A stretch of DNA of 63,097 nt, counting the filler, from Nemertoderma westbladi (lineage: Eukaryota; Animalia; Xenacoelomorpha), in assembly GCA_032718475.1 (NCBI GenBank). It is 3 parts of 3 records of this genome, joined end to end, with 100 filler letters (N's around TTAATTAATTAA, not from the genome) between each part and the next. Parts side by side here need not be neighbours in the genome. Positions count along the whole stretch, not along the records: positions 22,216 to 53,524 come from JAUCBJ010007948.1; positions 53,625 to 63,097 come from JAUCBJ010005088.1; 1 more part is not named here. One strand, 5' to 3'. A program made the translations under genes and the position numbers. The stretch's first letter is position 1. The number at the start of each line of letters is the position of its first letter. Below are positions 50,430-62,945 of this stretch, piece by piece. Under the pieces are notes generated by a model. The model did not search any database and had not been told where the DNA came from. It saw only the letters and a program-made list of their open reading frames with translations.

Positions 50430-52120
50430 TATAATATATACAATAATTTCGTAATGTTACAATTTTGGAATAAAACTACATACATACTTGTTGCAAAGTA
50501 CTTTACAGTGTTCTGATCCTCGAGGCTTTATTTTCACTCACTCAGTAACGGTCGTTCGTGTAACAAAGCCACTCGGATCATTACACTGTAAAGTGCTACT
50601 TTACACACAAGTATGTAGCAAAAAAAAGCAATAGAAATTAAAAATTAAAAAAATTAAAAAAAGCATAAAAATTCATCCCTCTCCAGGGGAAATTGGACGC
50701 AAATAACAGAAGATTACTCTTAAAAATAAAACTGTAAGCTGTTCTATTGTGTTTAGTTTATTGTTTTGGTTTAAATAACGTGTCACTGTAACCTGCTCCT
50801 TTCCCTAACCCCCCCCCCCCCCTGTCTCTATTATTAATTAATAGCGTTTACAACTGCTCTATTATTTATAATTATAATTGCTACTTTACTATTCACCAAT
50901 AATGAATTTTACATAATATCATCTATTGTTGATTTAGTAGCGTTTATTTCAGCCCTATTATATTTTATCGTTATTATATATTACTCAAGTATTTATAACT
51001 GGTTTAGGAATAATTAAGTACCAATTTTAATATAATATATTGTTGATACAATAGTAATTATTTATGAATAATTTTCTACCCTAGAAATTATCACTTAATA
51101 TAATATTGTTTATCGCTACTGAAATATAATTTTATAGGATGTATTTATGATTTATATAATGCTACAATAATAGTTTAGCACCTAGAATATCATTTTATTA
51201 TGATTTATACTTTTATTCTCTGATTATCAACAGGGTTGCCACTTTAAATCAGTTTCAATTTTCCCTGACCTTTTGAAAAATTTCCCAGACTAAAGTTTAT
51301 AATATAAATGACTTCTATCTATATTTCTTCTTCTTGAAAAATTCTGACTTTATATTTATATTTAGTGATGTGAGGAAACAGAATGGCGAGCGAAGGGAGG
51401 AAGTTTTTTACACATTTTCACTTTATGACACAAATTCCCTGACTTTTCCCTGATTTGCCCAATATTTACTAGAATTCCCTGACATTTCCCATTCCCATTC
51501 ACTGACTATTCCAGGTGAGAGGCAACCCTGATCAAAAAAATGATTATTGATTATTAAAAATTTCAATTATTATTGCCCCATTCGCGTGCAGACTGCTAAG
51601 TAGTGCTATTATCATATATTTATTTAGCTATTAAATTATTAACTAATAGTAAACCAGTATATGTATGTAATTGATGTTATATAGTGTCTGGTTAGAGATG
51701 TGTTCATTATACTTGACACAGTGAACCCGCCGTAGCATTCTTGTGAATGTGCCATCCAGAGATTCTGGTGTCCTCAGGGGTTAGAGCCCAGTAAGGACTC
51801 CCAAAGGAGTACTGGTACTACTGCTGCTCTAAATATTCGGACCTTAAGTTTCCGATGAATTCTGTGTGACTTCCAAATCCTGCAAAGCCCATTCAATGCT
51901 GCGCATACCTTTCACTTACGTGTCCGAATGTCCTCATTTGATTTCCGATCGATGATCCCAGGTAGCAGAAATCGTCTACATGCCCAACAAGCATACCGAG
52001 CTTATGCTGTTACCATCAGACATTTTCTGGAGACTTTCGAAGTTAACTATTGTGGTCTTCTTAGAATTACCGGTAACAAATAGACCAACACTAGAAGTAG
52101 CCTGTTCTAATGAGCTGAGG
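50430..52120. repeat. Diverged duplicate of ~22960-24510 (hairpin MITE + AT-rich repeat + RTE fragment)
   Basis: Collinear similarity, e.g. TTTCGTAATGTTACAATTTTGGAATAAAACTACATACATAC, AAAATTCATCCCTCTCCAGGGGAAATTGGACGC, then the RTE sequence GTAGCATTCTTGTGAATGTGCCATCCAGAGA. Confidence 0.85.
51231..51530. mobile_element. 300-bp MITE with CAGGGTTGCC TIRs and 5-bp TSD (hAT5-like)
   Basis: TIRs at 51231-51240 and 51521-51530. ATCAA duplicated at 51226-51230 and 51531-51535. The paralogous site near 23769 has a single ATCAA and no insertion. Confidence 0.8.
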
Positions 52121-53524
52121 AACTCATTAGATATTTCGTCTTTCTTTTTTGAAAACTCCTCAATTATCCATTTAAGCGCCAGAAGGACACATTATTGTTC
52201 TACAAAGTCATCAGGCAATACTCTTTTCAAAGTGGTTCTTTCAACCATTTAGGCGATCTGCTGGTGATATTAAGATTATAAGATCCGCAACTCAAACTAG
52301 AAAGCCAGCAAGCTGGCTGGAAGGAGCCCGGGGGAAAAATCCTAGCCAAGACTATTACAAAGAACTATGTCAGTCAGCAGTAAGTAAACTAAAATTGTCT
52401 AAACTGCAAGGCGTGAGGCTAGCTGACTTTGTGGCTCGCCCCACATAATAAAAAATGCAACTTAGCTACCACTAACAAAAATATAATATGAAGCAAATAA
52501 TTTCATTATCAAGCACGTTTACAAGATATAAGATGCGATTACCGAATATTTATAAAAAATGCCCATGATGCACAACCAGATAAATAACAACGAATAGAGC
52601 CAAATAACCAATTTAGTTTCCTTCTATAGGTATTACCCCGTCGTCAAGCGGAATATCTCTTCCCAGTGAATTCTATGTGAATATGAATACTCCTTAGGCG
52701 GTAGGCCAGAGTGGGCTCCTTAAATACATGCAACTACTGTATTATACTGTAGGTCAACTATAAAACATTTTGCAATCCACAGTGAGTATCGACTGCCATA
52801 GGACACAACACACTGCTTTGTGTAACTAAAATTCATTCTCCTGATCCACCCCCTAACATAGCAGAGTGAGTAACCTTATTGTAGATATACCCTTAGGAAG
52901 CACTGGGAGAGCAATCAGCTTATGGGGTAATACATTAGAAACCAACAGCTTATGTGTGAGTAAACATTGCCTTTCCTTATAGCCTACTAGTAAAACTTGG
53001 CAACCAACACGTTTTTCTATGACTATGTATAACATATTAAGCCATATTTCATCATGAACACCAGCTGTTATTTTACCATTGCTTTTAATTTCGCGACAAA
53101 ACAATGTCAAAAAACTAAATATATCGAATACCACACATACAGTAGAATCGATCTGAAATTTTGTAACGCGATTATGAACCACCAAAGCAATGTACTTGCA
53201 AAATTTCATCAAAATCGCCAGGCAGGAAGTGCCTTAACCTAGATAATTATCAGTCAGTCAGTATGTCAGTCAGTGTAATGTATCCTGAGATTTTTACAGA
53301 AAGTATCCCTGAGATTCTTACAGTAAGTATCCCGCTGTCAAGCGGGCTCCTAATGAAACAAAATTCATCTTTGGGTGGGTGGGAGAGATTAACTCTCTCA
53401 GTAACTTTGCAATCATTTGGAAACAATATGCAAATGTTGCACTCAATAGAATCATTAGAATCAATAGAACTATTCATATATTTAGTTGGTGCCGCTGGAA
53501 AGGCGGTAGAAATACTATAATTCT

Positions 53525-53624
53525 NNNNNNNNNNNNNNNNNNNNNNNNNNNNNNNNNNNNNNNNNNNNTTAATTAATTAANNNNNNNNNNNNNNNNNNNN
53601 NNNNNNNNNNNNNNNNNNNNNNNN
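53525..53624. other. Artificial contig linker (N44 + TTAATTAATTAA + N44)
   Basis: Same structure as 22116-22215. Confidence 0.97.
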
Positions 53625-55729
53625 TTACTGAATCATGTGACTCTCAAAAAATATCTGAGCTTATCTTTCGATTGTACGTCCAATCAGAAAGCAGGAAATG
53701 TACAATTTAAATTTAGCGTATTTTTAAGTCTGTTTTACGAAATTAAGCACGTCTAGTTCAATAATGCATAGAAATAAGCCTACACATATGCCAAGCACAA
53801 TAAAGCTATTTTGTAAATACTGTACGACAGTATTATTTTTTAAACTCCTAAAATCAATTCCAAGATTACGTAAACTGTACTGTGGGAGTATATAGTGTGG
53901 GAGTGAAAGAATAGCTATTATCATTAATCTGTATTCTGTGGGAAGAGACGCGTGTGAGTCTTAGTGTAGGGGTCTGGACTTCTGTGAGCAAAGTCCCCAC
54001 TTACTGTACAGTACGTGTTATAGTAGCACCAGCTCTGTAAAAAAAAAAGTCGGCCCAGACGTTTAGGGCCTACTACAGTCTTAGCTAGAGTGACATAAGA
54101 TTAGATATTGAGGTAGAGGCAGTATTTAGCTCATTTGCTTCACCTCAATAAACTCTCTTGCATTCTTGCACTCCCCCAATTTCTTGTTTATCAGTGTAGA
54201 TGGTTGATGTGCAACTACAACTACAAACCATATTTAAGCCAATCACAGCCAATTCCATTCCACCATTCTAAATGCTGCACTCTCATTCACAGGGAATTTC
54301 CGGTTTTAGGGGGGCACTGAAACAGGCATGTGTCTAAAACTCTTGTCTGGTGGGAAAACACTTACAAAAAATTTTCACATATTCATTTCTACATTGTCTA
54401 TATAGGCGTACTGATATATGAAAATTTTTCTCAAATTTCCGGATTTCCTCGGGAAAATACCAGGAAAAATTTTCCCATAAATTTGAAGAATTTAATGACC
54501 GGAAAACCCGCCTACTGTACAGTACATAACATACATACCGGTACTACAGTACTGACATACAGTAGGCCTACTACTGTATAATATAGTGATATAGGTACTG
54601 TAGGAGAAAAGGCCTAGTATTAAAAGTTGGGAATGTCATGATTGGGGGTAGCCTACCTACAAGTTCAATACTGGCACAAAATACAGTAGTATTTACTGTA
54701 TTACAGTAGTGGCGGCCTAAAGCTAAACCCTAATTAAAACTGTCATGTAACCCTAACCATACTGCCATAAGTCGGTACCGGTACCTAAGTCATAATCTAA
54801 GAAATTTAGCATACATAATATATTACTGTAGTATAGGAAGGGATCTAGTAGGGTGAGTAGTAGGTATGAGACTCAGTAAGGTCGAAACGCGTACGTGGTT
54901 TGGAGAGATATGAGATATTACAGTATTAATTTCAAGAAAAATTACGCGAATCTTAAATTTGTACACTACCCGGTTAAAAAGTACGCATGTGATGGGATTA
55001 GTCCTACAATTGCGCCAATAAAAGATAAGTTATTTTCGGTAAAATAAACTTATCATTCGAGGTAAAGACCCCTAGATCCCTTCCTACCCACAGCTATAAT
55101 ATATGTATAATAACAAACACGAAAAAGCTCGAAAAATACAGCTTGCCAACACATTGTTACTATCAATAATCAAGAAATTTAGCGGAATTTCCCACATTAT
55201 TGCCATTATCAGTCCTTATGGCATATGGCAGTATGGCAATAATGTCGGAAATTCCGATAAATTTCTTAGATTATGACTTAGGCAGTTAGGGCAGTAGGGT
55301 TACATGACATACAGTCTCACAGTCCGACAGTTTTAATTGAGGTTTAGGCTTGACCAACTAGCCCTAACCAAAATAATAAACCAAATATACCCACAATATA
55401 CAATCCTCCATCAAAAAAAAAAAATTGACTGAACAAAAATTGACTGAACAAATTCACTGTACAAACTCGTAAATTAATAATAATTTAGTATTTTGTATTC
55501 TGGATTGCCCATTGCTGCTGTATTGTATTTGTCAGTTTGTAAGGAATCATCGATTTGGTACCCACCAGTAATACTCGCCAATAGTAAAATAGCCACTTAT
55601 ATAGAAGTTACCAATTGAAAGAGAATAGCGTTAAAGGGTGGGTTTTTATAACCAAAACAATAAACAATATTATTGTTACCAATTGAGGGAAAGGAGCAGG
55701 TTACAGAGGGTTACAGAGCACAGAGGTAG

Positions 55730-56794
55730 CAGGCCTGTATCGTGCGGGGGGGGCTTTGGGGGCACTGCCCCCCAGACAAGTCCCATACTGCCCCCCCCCC
55801 CAGACATGTCTTGCAGTCTTGTTCACTCTTCTTGTTCACAATTAATTAATAATAATAAGTGTTGACCCCCAGTGATCACTATTATTGGATACCGGTACAC
55901 ATTGATATACTTATAAGGATGCACACTTCAGCACTTCTACACACTCGACCTGACTCCCCACCATCCCATTTTGGTCCAATTATATAATACTACTTGACAT
56001 TAACCTACCTCTGAAATTACTAAAAATACCCGAAAGCTCCAGGTTCTCTCATTGGCTACCAGGAGATGTTTGTTGTTGACCCATTATCTATTTGTCTGTA
56101 ATTTGGGAGCCAGCTCTTGCAGCTAAAAAGGCTAGGCGCTGATGGTTGCTTGCGCTGGTATCCATATGTATAATTTGTTGTAACTTAACCTTAACCATAT
56201 TATACCTGAAGTTGGTCCTTCGCGCAGCACGTGACATAAACTTATGTAAGTGTCAACACGAAAGAAATATAAGCAAAATCTAAGCAGATATGTCCCTTGA
56301 TCACTTTACACCTAGAGGCAGTGTGGAAAACTGCAGTCGATTTAAGACCTCAGAAAAAGTTTAAATGACAGAACTAATGGTTGAGTACAATTCTGCCAAG
56401 TTTCAGCTTAAGCTGATTAAAAGCAACGACATGGGAGGACATTTAATGCTTAGATATGTAGTCATCTAGCGGGAGACTGTTGAACTGTTGGTGTCAAAAG
56501 TCGCTAAATAATGTCAAATGACATAATGCTAAATAAGCTTTAAATCTGACAAAGTTATTGGAATGTTTACGTTAATGAAATCGTTACGTCAACAACTATT
56601 TGCCATTATTGACATACCCTTAACAGTGTCAGTTTTGAACAATATTGATTATATTTATGTAGGCCTACTAAATTAACTCCCACTTTGTTGTATGCTCCCC
56701 AAATCCCAGTTATGGGTTTGCCCCCAGATTTGGCCTCTGCCCCCCCCCCCCCCCCCCCCCCCAGACATTATGATCACCATACGGCACGGGCCAG
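55730..56794. mobile_element. Non-autonomous hAT-like element with 8-bp TSD, containing an old nested HINE-like copy (~56200-56635)
   Basis: TSD AGAGGTAG at 55722-55729 and 56795-56802. Imperfect TIRs CAGGCCTGTATCGT / ACGGCACGGGCCAG. Internal CCTTCGCGCAGCACGTGAC and CTGCCAAGTTTCAGCTTAA match the 4097 family. Confidence 0.65.
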
Positions 56795-57076
56795 AGAGGT
56801 AGGCTTTTATAACCAAAACAATAAACAATGTTGTTACCAATTGGGGGAAATGAGCAGTAATGATAGTAAAATACAGTAATAGTACGGCACCGGTAGTAGG
56901 CCTAACAGTGATAAGGAGTGGGGGGTACGAGACCGATAGGAGCCCTTTTGTAGGTACCAGAAACGTGACAACCTTAAAAGTTATATCTCGTTACTTCAGT
57001 ATTATTATTAAGTTTAAGTACCGGGTATTAGGCTTACCGGCTACCACTGTACCAGTTTAGCTCAATTTAATAAATT

Positions 57077-58475
57077 ATGAGTCTAAAGGCGACTACTACT
57101 ATTAATTTTAAAACAGAGAGTGAAGATCAATGTACCGGTATCGGTGTAACAGGATGTGAAGATTCCTCCGGCAGTGACGAAACGAAATTAGCCGAATCAA
57201 CTCCTGTTGTTATTGACTTTGAAGAACATGAAGACGACAAGTTTATCGGTTTTCTAAATGCTGAAAATCTAATCGCTACAGTTACTGAAATTTCAGATAA
57301 TAATGAAGAAGAATTCCTCGGTTTTCTAGATTCTGAAATTGAGATGCAATGCGATACCCAGCTCTCCTTTTCATCAAAACAACCACAGAAACAACCTAAA
57401 AAGTGTTGTGCTGATTATCAGTGTCATCATTGTGAAGAACAATTCTCCACACTGAAAGCTTTTAATTCCCACTATAACGACATATTTACTTCCGTACACA
57501 ACTGCCGATATTGCAAAAAAGGTTTTAGGATAATCAACTGCCTCAACTTCCACCTCCGTTCCGCCCATTCAAACGTTTTTGTCGAAGGCAGACGTAAAAA
57601 AAACCCTGAAATATATAAAACCCCGGAAATATCCCTGTAACGTATGCGATCAAAGTTTCACTACTAACGGTCACCGCGTCACTCATCTACGAATTCACGC
57701 GGGAATTCGTTATCCGTGCGAAACTTGCGGTAACACGTTCTCCCAGAAAGGCAACCTCGATGTGCACATAAGAAAGTTCCATCTTAATCCACGCCCGCTG
57801 CCTAAATCGTACGTCTGCAAACAATGCGATGCCGTGTTCTCAGAGCAAGAGAGGTTGAAGCGACACTTGGAGGAGGTTCATAATTTGTCCAACTACCGGT
57901 GTACGAAGTGTGGTAAAAGTTTCCGCTTGCGGGACCGTTTGAACCTTCACATCCAATCCGTCCACGCCTTAACTAAGTTCAGCTGTTTGCACTGTTCTAA
58001 GTTATTCAGTCAAAGAGTCGCCCTAAATAGGCACATTGAATCGATTCATGAAGGGAAAAAATTCCCTTGTTCTAAATGCGGGAAGTTATTCACCCATTCT
58101 GCGAGTCTTATATATCATCTTGACCATGTCCACAAAGGGGTCTTCAACTGCCCCGACTGCGATCTGGTATTCAACCAGAGGGCTTTACTCAAAAAACATA
58201 ATAAATCCGCACATCCGTTCTCCAAGTTCACTTGCAGCGAATGCGGTAAGATTTTCAGCGTGAGTGGCAACTGCCGCGCCCACATGCGGAATATCCACGA
58301 AGTCCACGAGTATACCTGTACTGATTGCAACTTGTCCTTCAAGCGGAAGTGGGCCTACGCGAGGCACATAGAGGTTGCCCATAGGGGTGTCCGTTATGTC
58401 TGTAACCAATGCAACGTCGTCCGTTCCACTAGGTACGCATTAAAGATACATAAACTAAAACATTTAATCAAATAA
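57077..58475 (+). CDS. C2H2 zinc-finger protein (~12 fingers, acidic N-terminus), split by a one-base frameshift at A8 57596-57603
   Basis: ORF 57077-57640 has two C2H2-like units (the first degenerate) and ORF 57579-58475 has ten. Removing one A joins them as ...VEGRRKKTLKYIKPRKYPC... (~465 aa). Confidence 0.85.
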
Positions 58476-59293
58476 ACTATCCGTTTTTATAAGGGTTACG
58501 GGCATATGTAGGACATGCTGTTAGGCGTAGGAGTTTATTTTATTTTTAAACCGATTTACTGTAAGACAGACGGAGTGTAGATTTTGATTTAATATGCTCT
58601 GAATGTTTGACTGAAATCCATCTATTTTACGGGACATATTGGTGGAGGTCAGCTCAAACAAATGAAATATTCTAAAGCAGGCCAAATATTAAAAATATAA
58701 TTATATCAGAATAATTTTGTAATTTTTATGAGTGGCTAATTCCCTAATGCTACTTGGGACTAACAGATATTAATTACTCTCTAAGACAATAAGCTATTAA
58801 ATAATTAAACTGATTATCTCGTAATAAACATGACCTTTATGTGTGTTTGTGTTTAAATTTTAAAATAAAGGTGATTGAAATGATTGTTAACTTGTGATTT
58901 TATATTTCATTGTATGTATCACCCCCTCCCCCCCCCCCCCCGAATGCCGCTAATATGTTCTTTTTCTCTCAGCTTTTAAATTTAAACCTATCCATGTACC
59001 ATCGTTACCAGGCAACGAACCTACCATATTTGTTTTTTTTCCAATATTGATATTCATATTGATATTGTATTGATATACCTTATTGCCTCTTTTATTATAA
59101 CTATATATATTGTTTATAAATAAGACAATATTTTTTCGTTATATACTCGTCCTACTAAAATCTAACTTTGGCAACTTAAACAACTTTCGGTACCCGTTTG
59201 CTACCCTCACTTATGTCGTCTCTCGCCCCACATGCATGCATAGTTATAGAAACGTAGAGATAACTTTATGTTATTATTCGTATATTATTATTA

Positions 59294-59662
59294 ATGGCTA
59301 GCAATTGTCAAACAACTCCTTTACGAAATCGCAAAGGGGTGCGTGCGACGTATAAGTCGCCTTACAATAGACCCGCTACTACCAAGGATTCCGCTAATGT
59401 TACCGCCCCAGTTTTAGAAGATGTCAATGAGGCTACGATTAAGAACGACCTGGAACTCCAGGAAGTTCAGCTTGATAAGGACATAGCGGCGCTAGAAACG
59501 GAAGGTCATCGCGTGGACGACTTAAAAGAGTTCATAGAAAAACTGCATGTTTATAATGAGGTTAAAGATGTTTGTCAGATGTTGTTAGGTAATTTGGCTG
59601 AACTTGAAGGCATGACTGTGAAGGATTTGTATAGCCGGTATGGACTCCAACTCGATGACTAG
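59294..59662 (+). CDS. SWI5: DNA repair protein SWI5 homolog (Swi5/Sae3), 122 aa, single exon
   Basis: C-terminal IEKLHVYNEVKDVCQMLLGNLAELEGMTVKDLYSRYGLQLDD matches the Swi5 motif LHxYNxxKDxxQxLxGxLA...T.KxLY..xGL, preceded by a coiled coil. Confidence 0.92.
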   Translation: MASNCQTTPLRNRKGVRATYKSPYNRPATTKDSANVTAPVLEDVNEATIKNDLELQEVQLDKDIAALETEGHRVDDLKEFIEKLHVYNEVKDVCQMLLGNLAELEGMTVKDLYSRYGLQLDD

Positions 59663-60965
59663 TTCGGTTAACGATCTTATATTTAAATTCTGTTATTTTT
59701 TTGTAAACTTTATATTCTTGAATGAATACAGTGATACTGTCAATTGTTTAGTTTTGAGTTTTTCTGTACGATATAACCTACCTTTACCTTGGGGTTGAAG
59801 GGGGGGGGGGGGGGGGGGTGGGTCTGAGGCATGGGGATGAAGGGAGGGGGGGGGGGAGGGGTTGGTGCAGACACTCAGCTATTTCCCGACATAGCCATAA
59901 GGCCTATATTTTCAAATTGATGATATCGCAAATTGCTCTTGATAAAGGATTCAGTGATCAAAGTGTAAGTGTGGTCTAATCGTTTGACACTTATGTGTTT
60001 CTCCAGAATGTCTTGCAGAGTCAATATCACAGCAAGGATTACAAATTTATGGACATATCCGGGGTGAGCAAGGACCTTAGTCAATCCAGCCAGAACCAGA
60101 ATATCCATCAGGGGGGGGGGGGGGGGGGGGCACTATTTTGGCTCATAAATTCGCGAGGTTTTTATTTATGATCGATTGATTATTAATGGAGTTTCCAAAT
60201 ATGAGAGTTTCCTTGCTCTATAATATAAAAACATTTACAAATTGCTGCATAGTCAAAACTTTAAAAGCAATTTTTTTTTCTATGTTAACTGGTATTAGCT
60301 AATCGGTACCAAACCTAGTACCGGTACTCTTTTGAAACGCTGAGAGCGAAGAGATTAAATGGAAATCTATATGTATATGTATTCAATGGAAATTGTAAGC
60401 CACTATTTAAATATTACGATAGTGGCAGTAGCGATGAGAAACAGGTGGAGAGGAGAAACAAGATTGTAAAGCGTATTGCGTCATACAGTATAAACAGTGA
60501 AGACCCCCACTACAAGGAAATTTAAGCCCCACTCCATACTGTGCACTGGTGTCAGCAGAATAGAGCGGGGGTGGGGGAAACTGGACGCAATAAAAATTAA
60601 TCCCTCTCCAGGGGAAATTCGACGCAAATATAAATTAGTATAGCAATACTTACGGTAGATGGATGCAATTTAATATTTAATAACAGTAATTATGGACTTT
60701 AGTCAAACGCACAACCCGATCGTGATCTGCTGATAGTGATGCAGTTATTACGACTCCGTTAAGGCATAACTATTGGTCCACCAACTGACCAACAAGCAAT
60801 GTTTAAACCAAGGACTAGTTTAAACCAAAGACTTCAGTAGTCCTTGGTTTAAACTGACAATCTGTGATATCAACAGACAGACAGACAGCTGATACTCTGA
60901 AATACTGAAATTATTGCAGAAGCGACCTCAGTAATTTATTGCTGAATTGATACCTGTTGCCTGTA

Positions 60966-61952
60966 ATGTCTGTAACATGGTTGGCACGTGTCCGTCGTTC
61001 TATACCCCGGCAAACAACCAAATTAAAAACATCAGGTTTACCGGCAATCCCATGTCATTACGTAACAAACGTTCAGCGTTCAGCAGTTCACACAAGCACT
61101 CAAACACTCAGTAAATACCTCCATTACTACGCTAACTATTTCACCGCCAGTAAAACATTATTCGCCCCTTCCGAGGTTGAGAATGTTGACCCGAATTATT
61201 TCGGACAGCGGGAGTACGATGTCACTTACGAGGAGTTTAAAACTCTTCTCTCAGCCGACGCGGTTCATTTAATAGACGTTAGGGAGCCGGCAGAGATTGC
61301 TACCGATGGGGGATTCCCTAACTCAATAAACATCCCGCTTGGCGACGTAAAGGAGGCTTTAAGAAAAACCAACGAGGAATTCGAAGAGATTTACGGAGTA
61401 AAAAAACCTGATAAATTAGATTGTTCGTTGGTTTTTGTTGCAGGGGGGCCGATAAAGAGTACTGCGGCTATGGAAATTGCGCACAAATTAGGGTTTAATA
61501 AAGCGAGGAATTACTACGGAGGTTGGTTGGAGTGGGATCAGAAACAAGGTCGTTCTATTGGAGAGGAAATGGTCTACTACCCGCCGAGTTATCTATCGGA
61601 AAAGTACGATATATCGTTCGAGGATCTAAAGACGTTGATGTCCTCCGGGGATATTAAACTAATCGATGTTCGAGAGGAGAGAGAGTTAGTGGATCAGGGG
61701 GTTTACCCGGGGGCGATTAACATTCCTATTGGGGACCTGAAGGAGGCCTTGTTGATGTCCGCGGAACAGTTCCGCGAGCGATACGACACCGGGAAGCCGT
61801 TACGACACGATGCCAACCTCGTGTTCGTCGGACTCGGGCCCATAAAGAGTTCCGCCGCCTTGGAACTCGCCCATAAGTTGGGTTACACGAAGTCGCGGCA
61901 TTTCGGAGGAGGTTGGGAGGTCTGGAGTGTTAGACACCGGGGGCCTAGTTAG
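60966..61952 (+). CDS. Tandem rhodanese-like (TSTD1/TSTD3-type) protein with probable mitochondrial presequence, 328 aa, single exon
   Basis: Two repeats of LIDVRE..E....G..P..INIP.G...EAL....E.F...Y...KP...LVF...GGW..W. ATG at 60966 is followed by an Arg/Ser/Thr-rich N-terminus with no acidic residues. Confidence 0.88.
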   Translation: MSVTWLARVRRSIPRQTTKLKTSGLPAIPCHYVTNVQRSAVHTSTQTLSKYLHYYANYFTASKTLFAPSEVENVDPNYFGQREYDVTYEEFKTLLSADAVHLIDVREPAEIATDGGFPNSINIPLGDVKEALRKTNEEFEEIYGVKKPDKLDCSLVFVAGGPIKSTAAMEIAHKLGFNKARNYYGGWLEWDQKQGRSIGEEMVYYPPSYLSEKYDISFEDLKTLMSSGDIKLIDVREERELVDQGVYPGAINIPIGDLKEALLMSAEQFRERYDTGKPLRHDANLVFVGLGPIKSSAALELAHKLGYTKSRHFGGGWEVWSVRHRGPS

Positions 61953-62535
61953 ACTACCGGTAATACAGAATGGTTAGTCATTGTTAGTATTTTGTATGTT
62001 TTATGTTTAATAAATGAAACAAGTTTATAAGAAGTAACAATATTATTATACATATTTACATTTACATTACCCTCGATCACTGATTACCCTCAATCAGCTA
62101 AAGTAAAGCATTATTGAACTCACCCGAGGTAGGATTAACTCACCATCAGGTTGTATCTTTTATAAAAATCACTGTCCACCATTGTGCTAAAATTACCGCT
62201 AAACAAAAGGGTATAAATAAACTTATATCTTTGCTATTCAGTTGTATGTTTACTTATTTACGTTTATGCCCTACTTATTTTCGGACACTTTTTCTTTTTG
62301 AAAGTTTTATAATTTATGTTGGTATTTATTATTTGCTGTTTTCAAATTGTAAATTATTTTGACAAAACTTCCAGTATTCTTGTACTAGTGTATATTGAAT
62401 CAATATACGACGTCATTCTGTAGATGATCTACGTCTATCTAATGTAGAAACAAAAAAATAACATTACGGCAATCCGTAATAGTAAGAGTAACATTGTTTG
62501 TAGATGTTTAGTGTGAAATTTTGTTTTCTTCGAAT

Positions 62536-62945
62536 TGGTGTTTAAACGGGATCAGACTTTTAGGGATTAACACTCCTGGGATCCCGATTTTCGGGGTCGG
62601 GATTGTAATTTTCGATTAAATTTCCTTTAATTAGATTAGTTAATAGTATATTTGGCGGGTTTTGGGTATCACTCACTTTATCTTACACTTCTGAAATATT
62701 AGTAAGATAAAGTTATATTAAAAATTGTTTAGCAATTGATATACTGGTATGGGTTTACCGAGCATATAAATTCGATATAATCAATACATTTCCGTTCTGC
62801 TGGAACTATTTATAAGATATTCAACAAATTTACTGAACTATATATACCTCGGGATCCCGTTCCAATAAAGTCGGGATCGGACCGGGGTTGCATTTTTCGC
62901 CCTGAGATCCCGGTTTTTCGTGATCGGGATCCCGTTTAAACACTA
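62536..62945. mobile_element. hAT-like MITE
   Basis: TIRs T[G/A]GTGTTTAAACGGGATC / GATCCCGTTTAAACACTA, subterminal CGGGATCCCG repeats, degenerate 8-bp TSD (CTTCGAAT / ATTTGAAT). Confidence 0.7.

Noticed and set aside
44695-61952. Apaf-1, ZF, SWI5 and rhodanese as a functional gene cluster
   Set aside because: The functions are unrelated and an artificial linker separates Apaf-1 from the others; there is no evidence of co-regulation.
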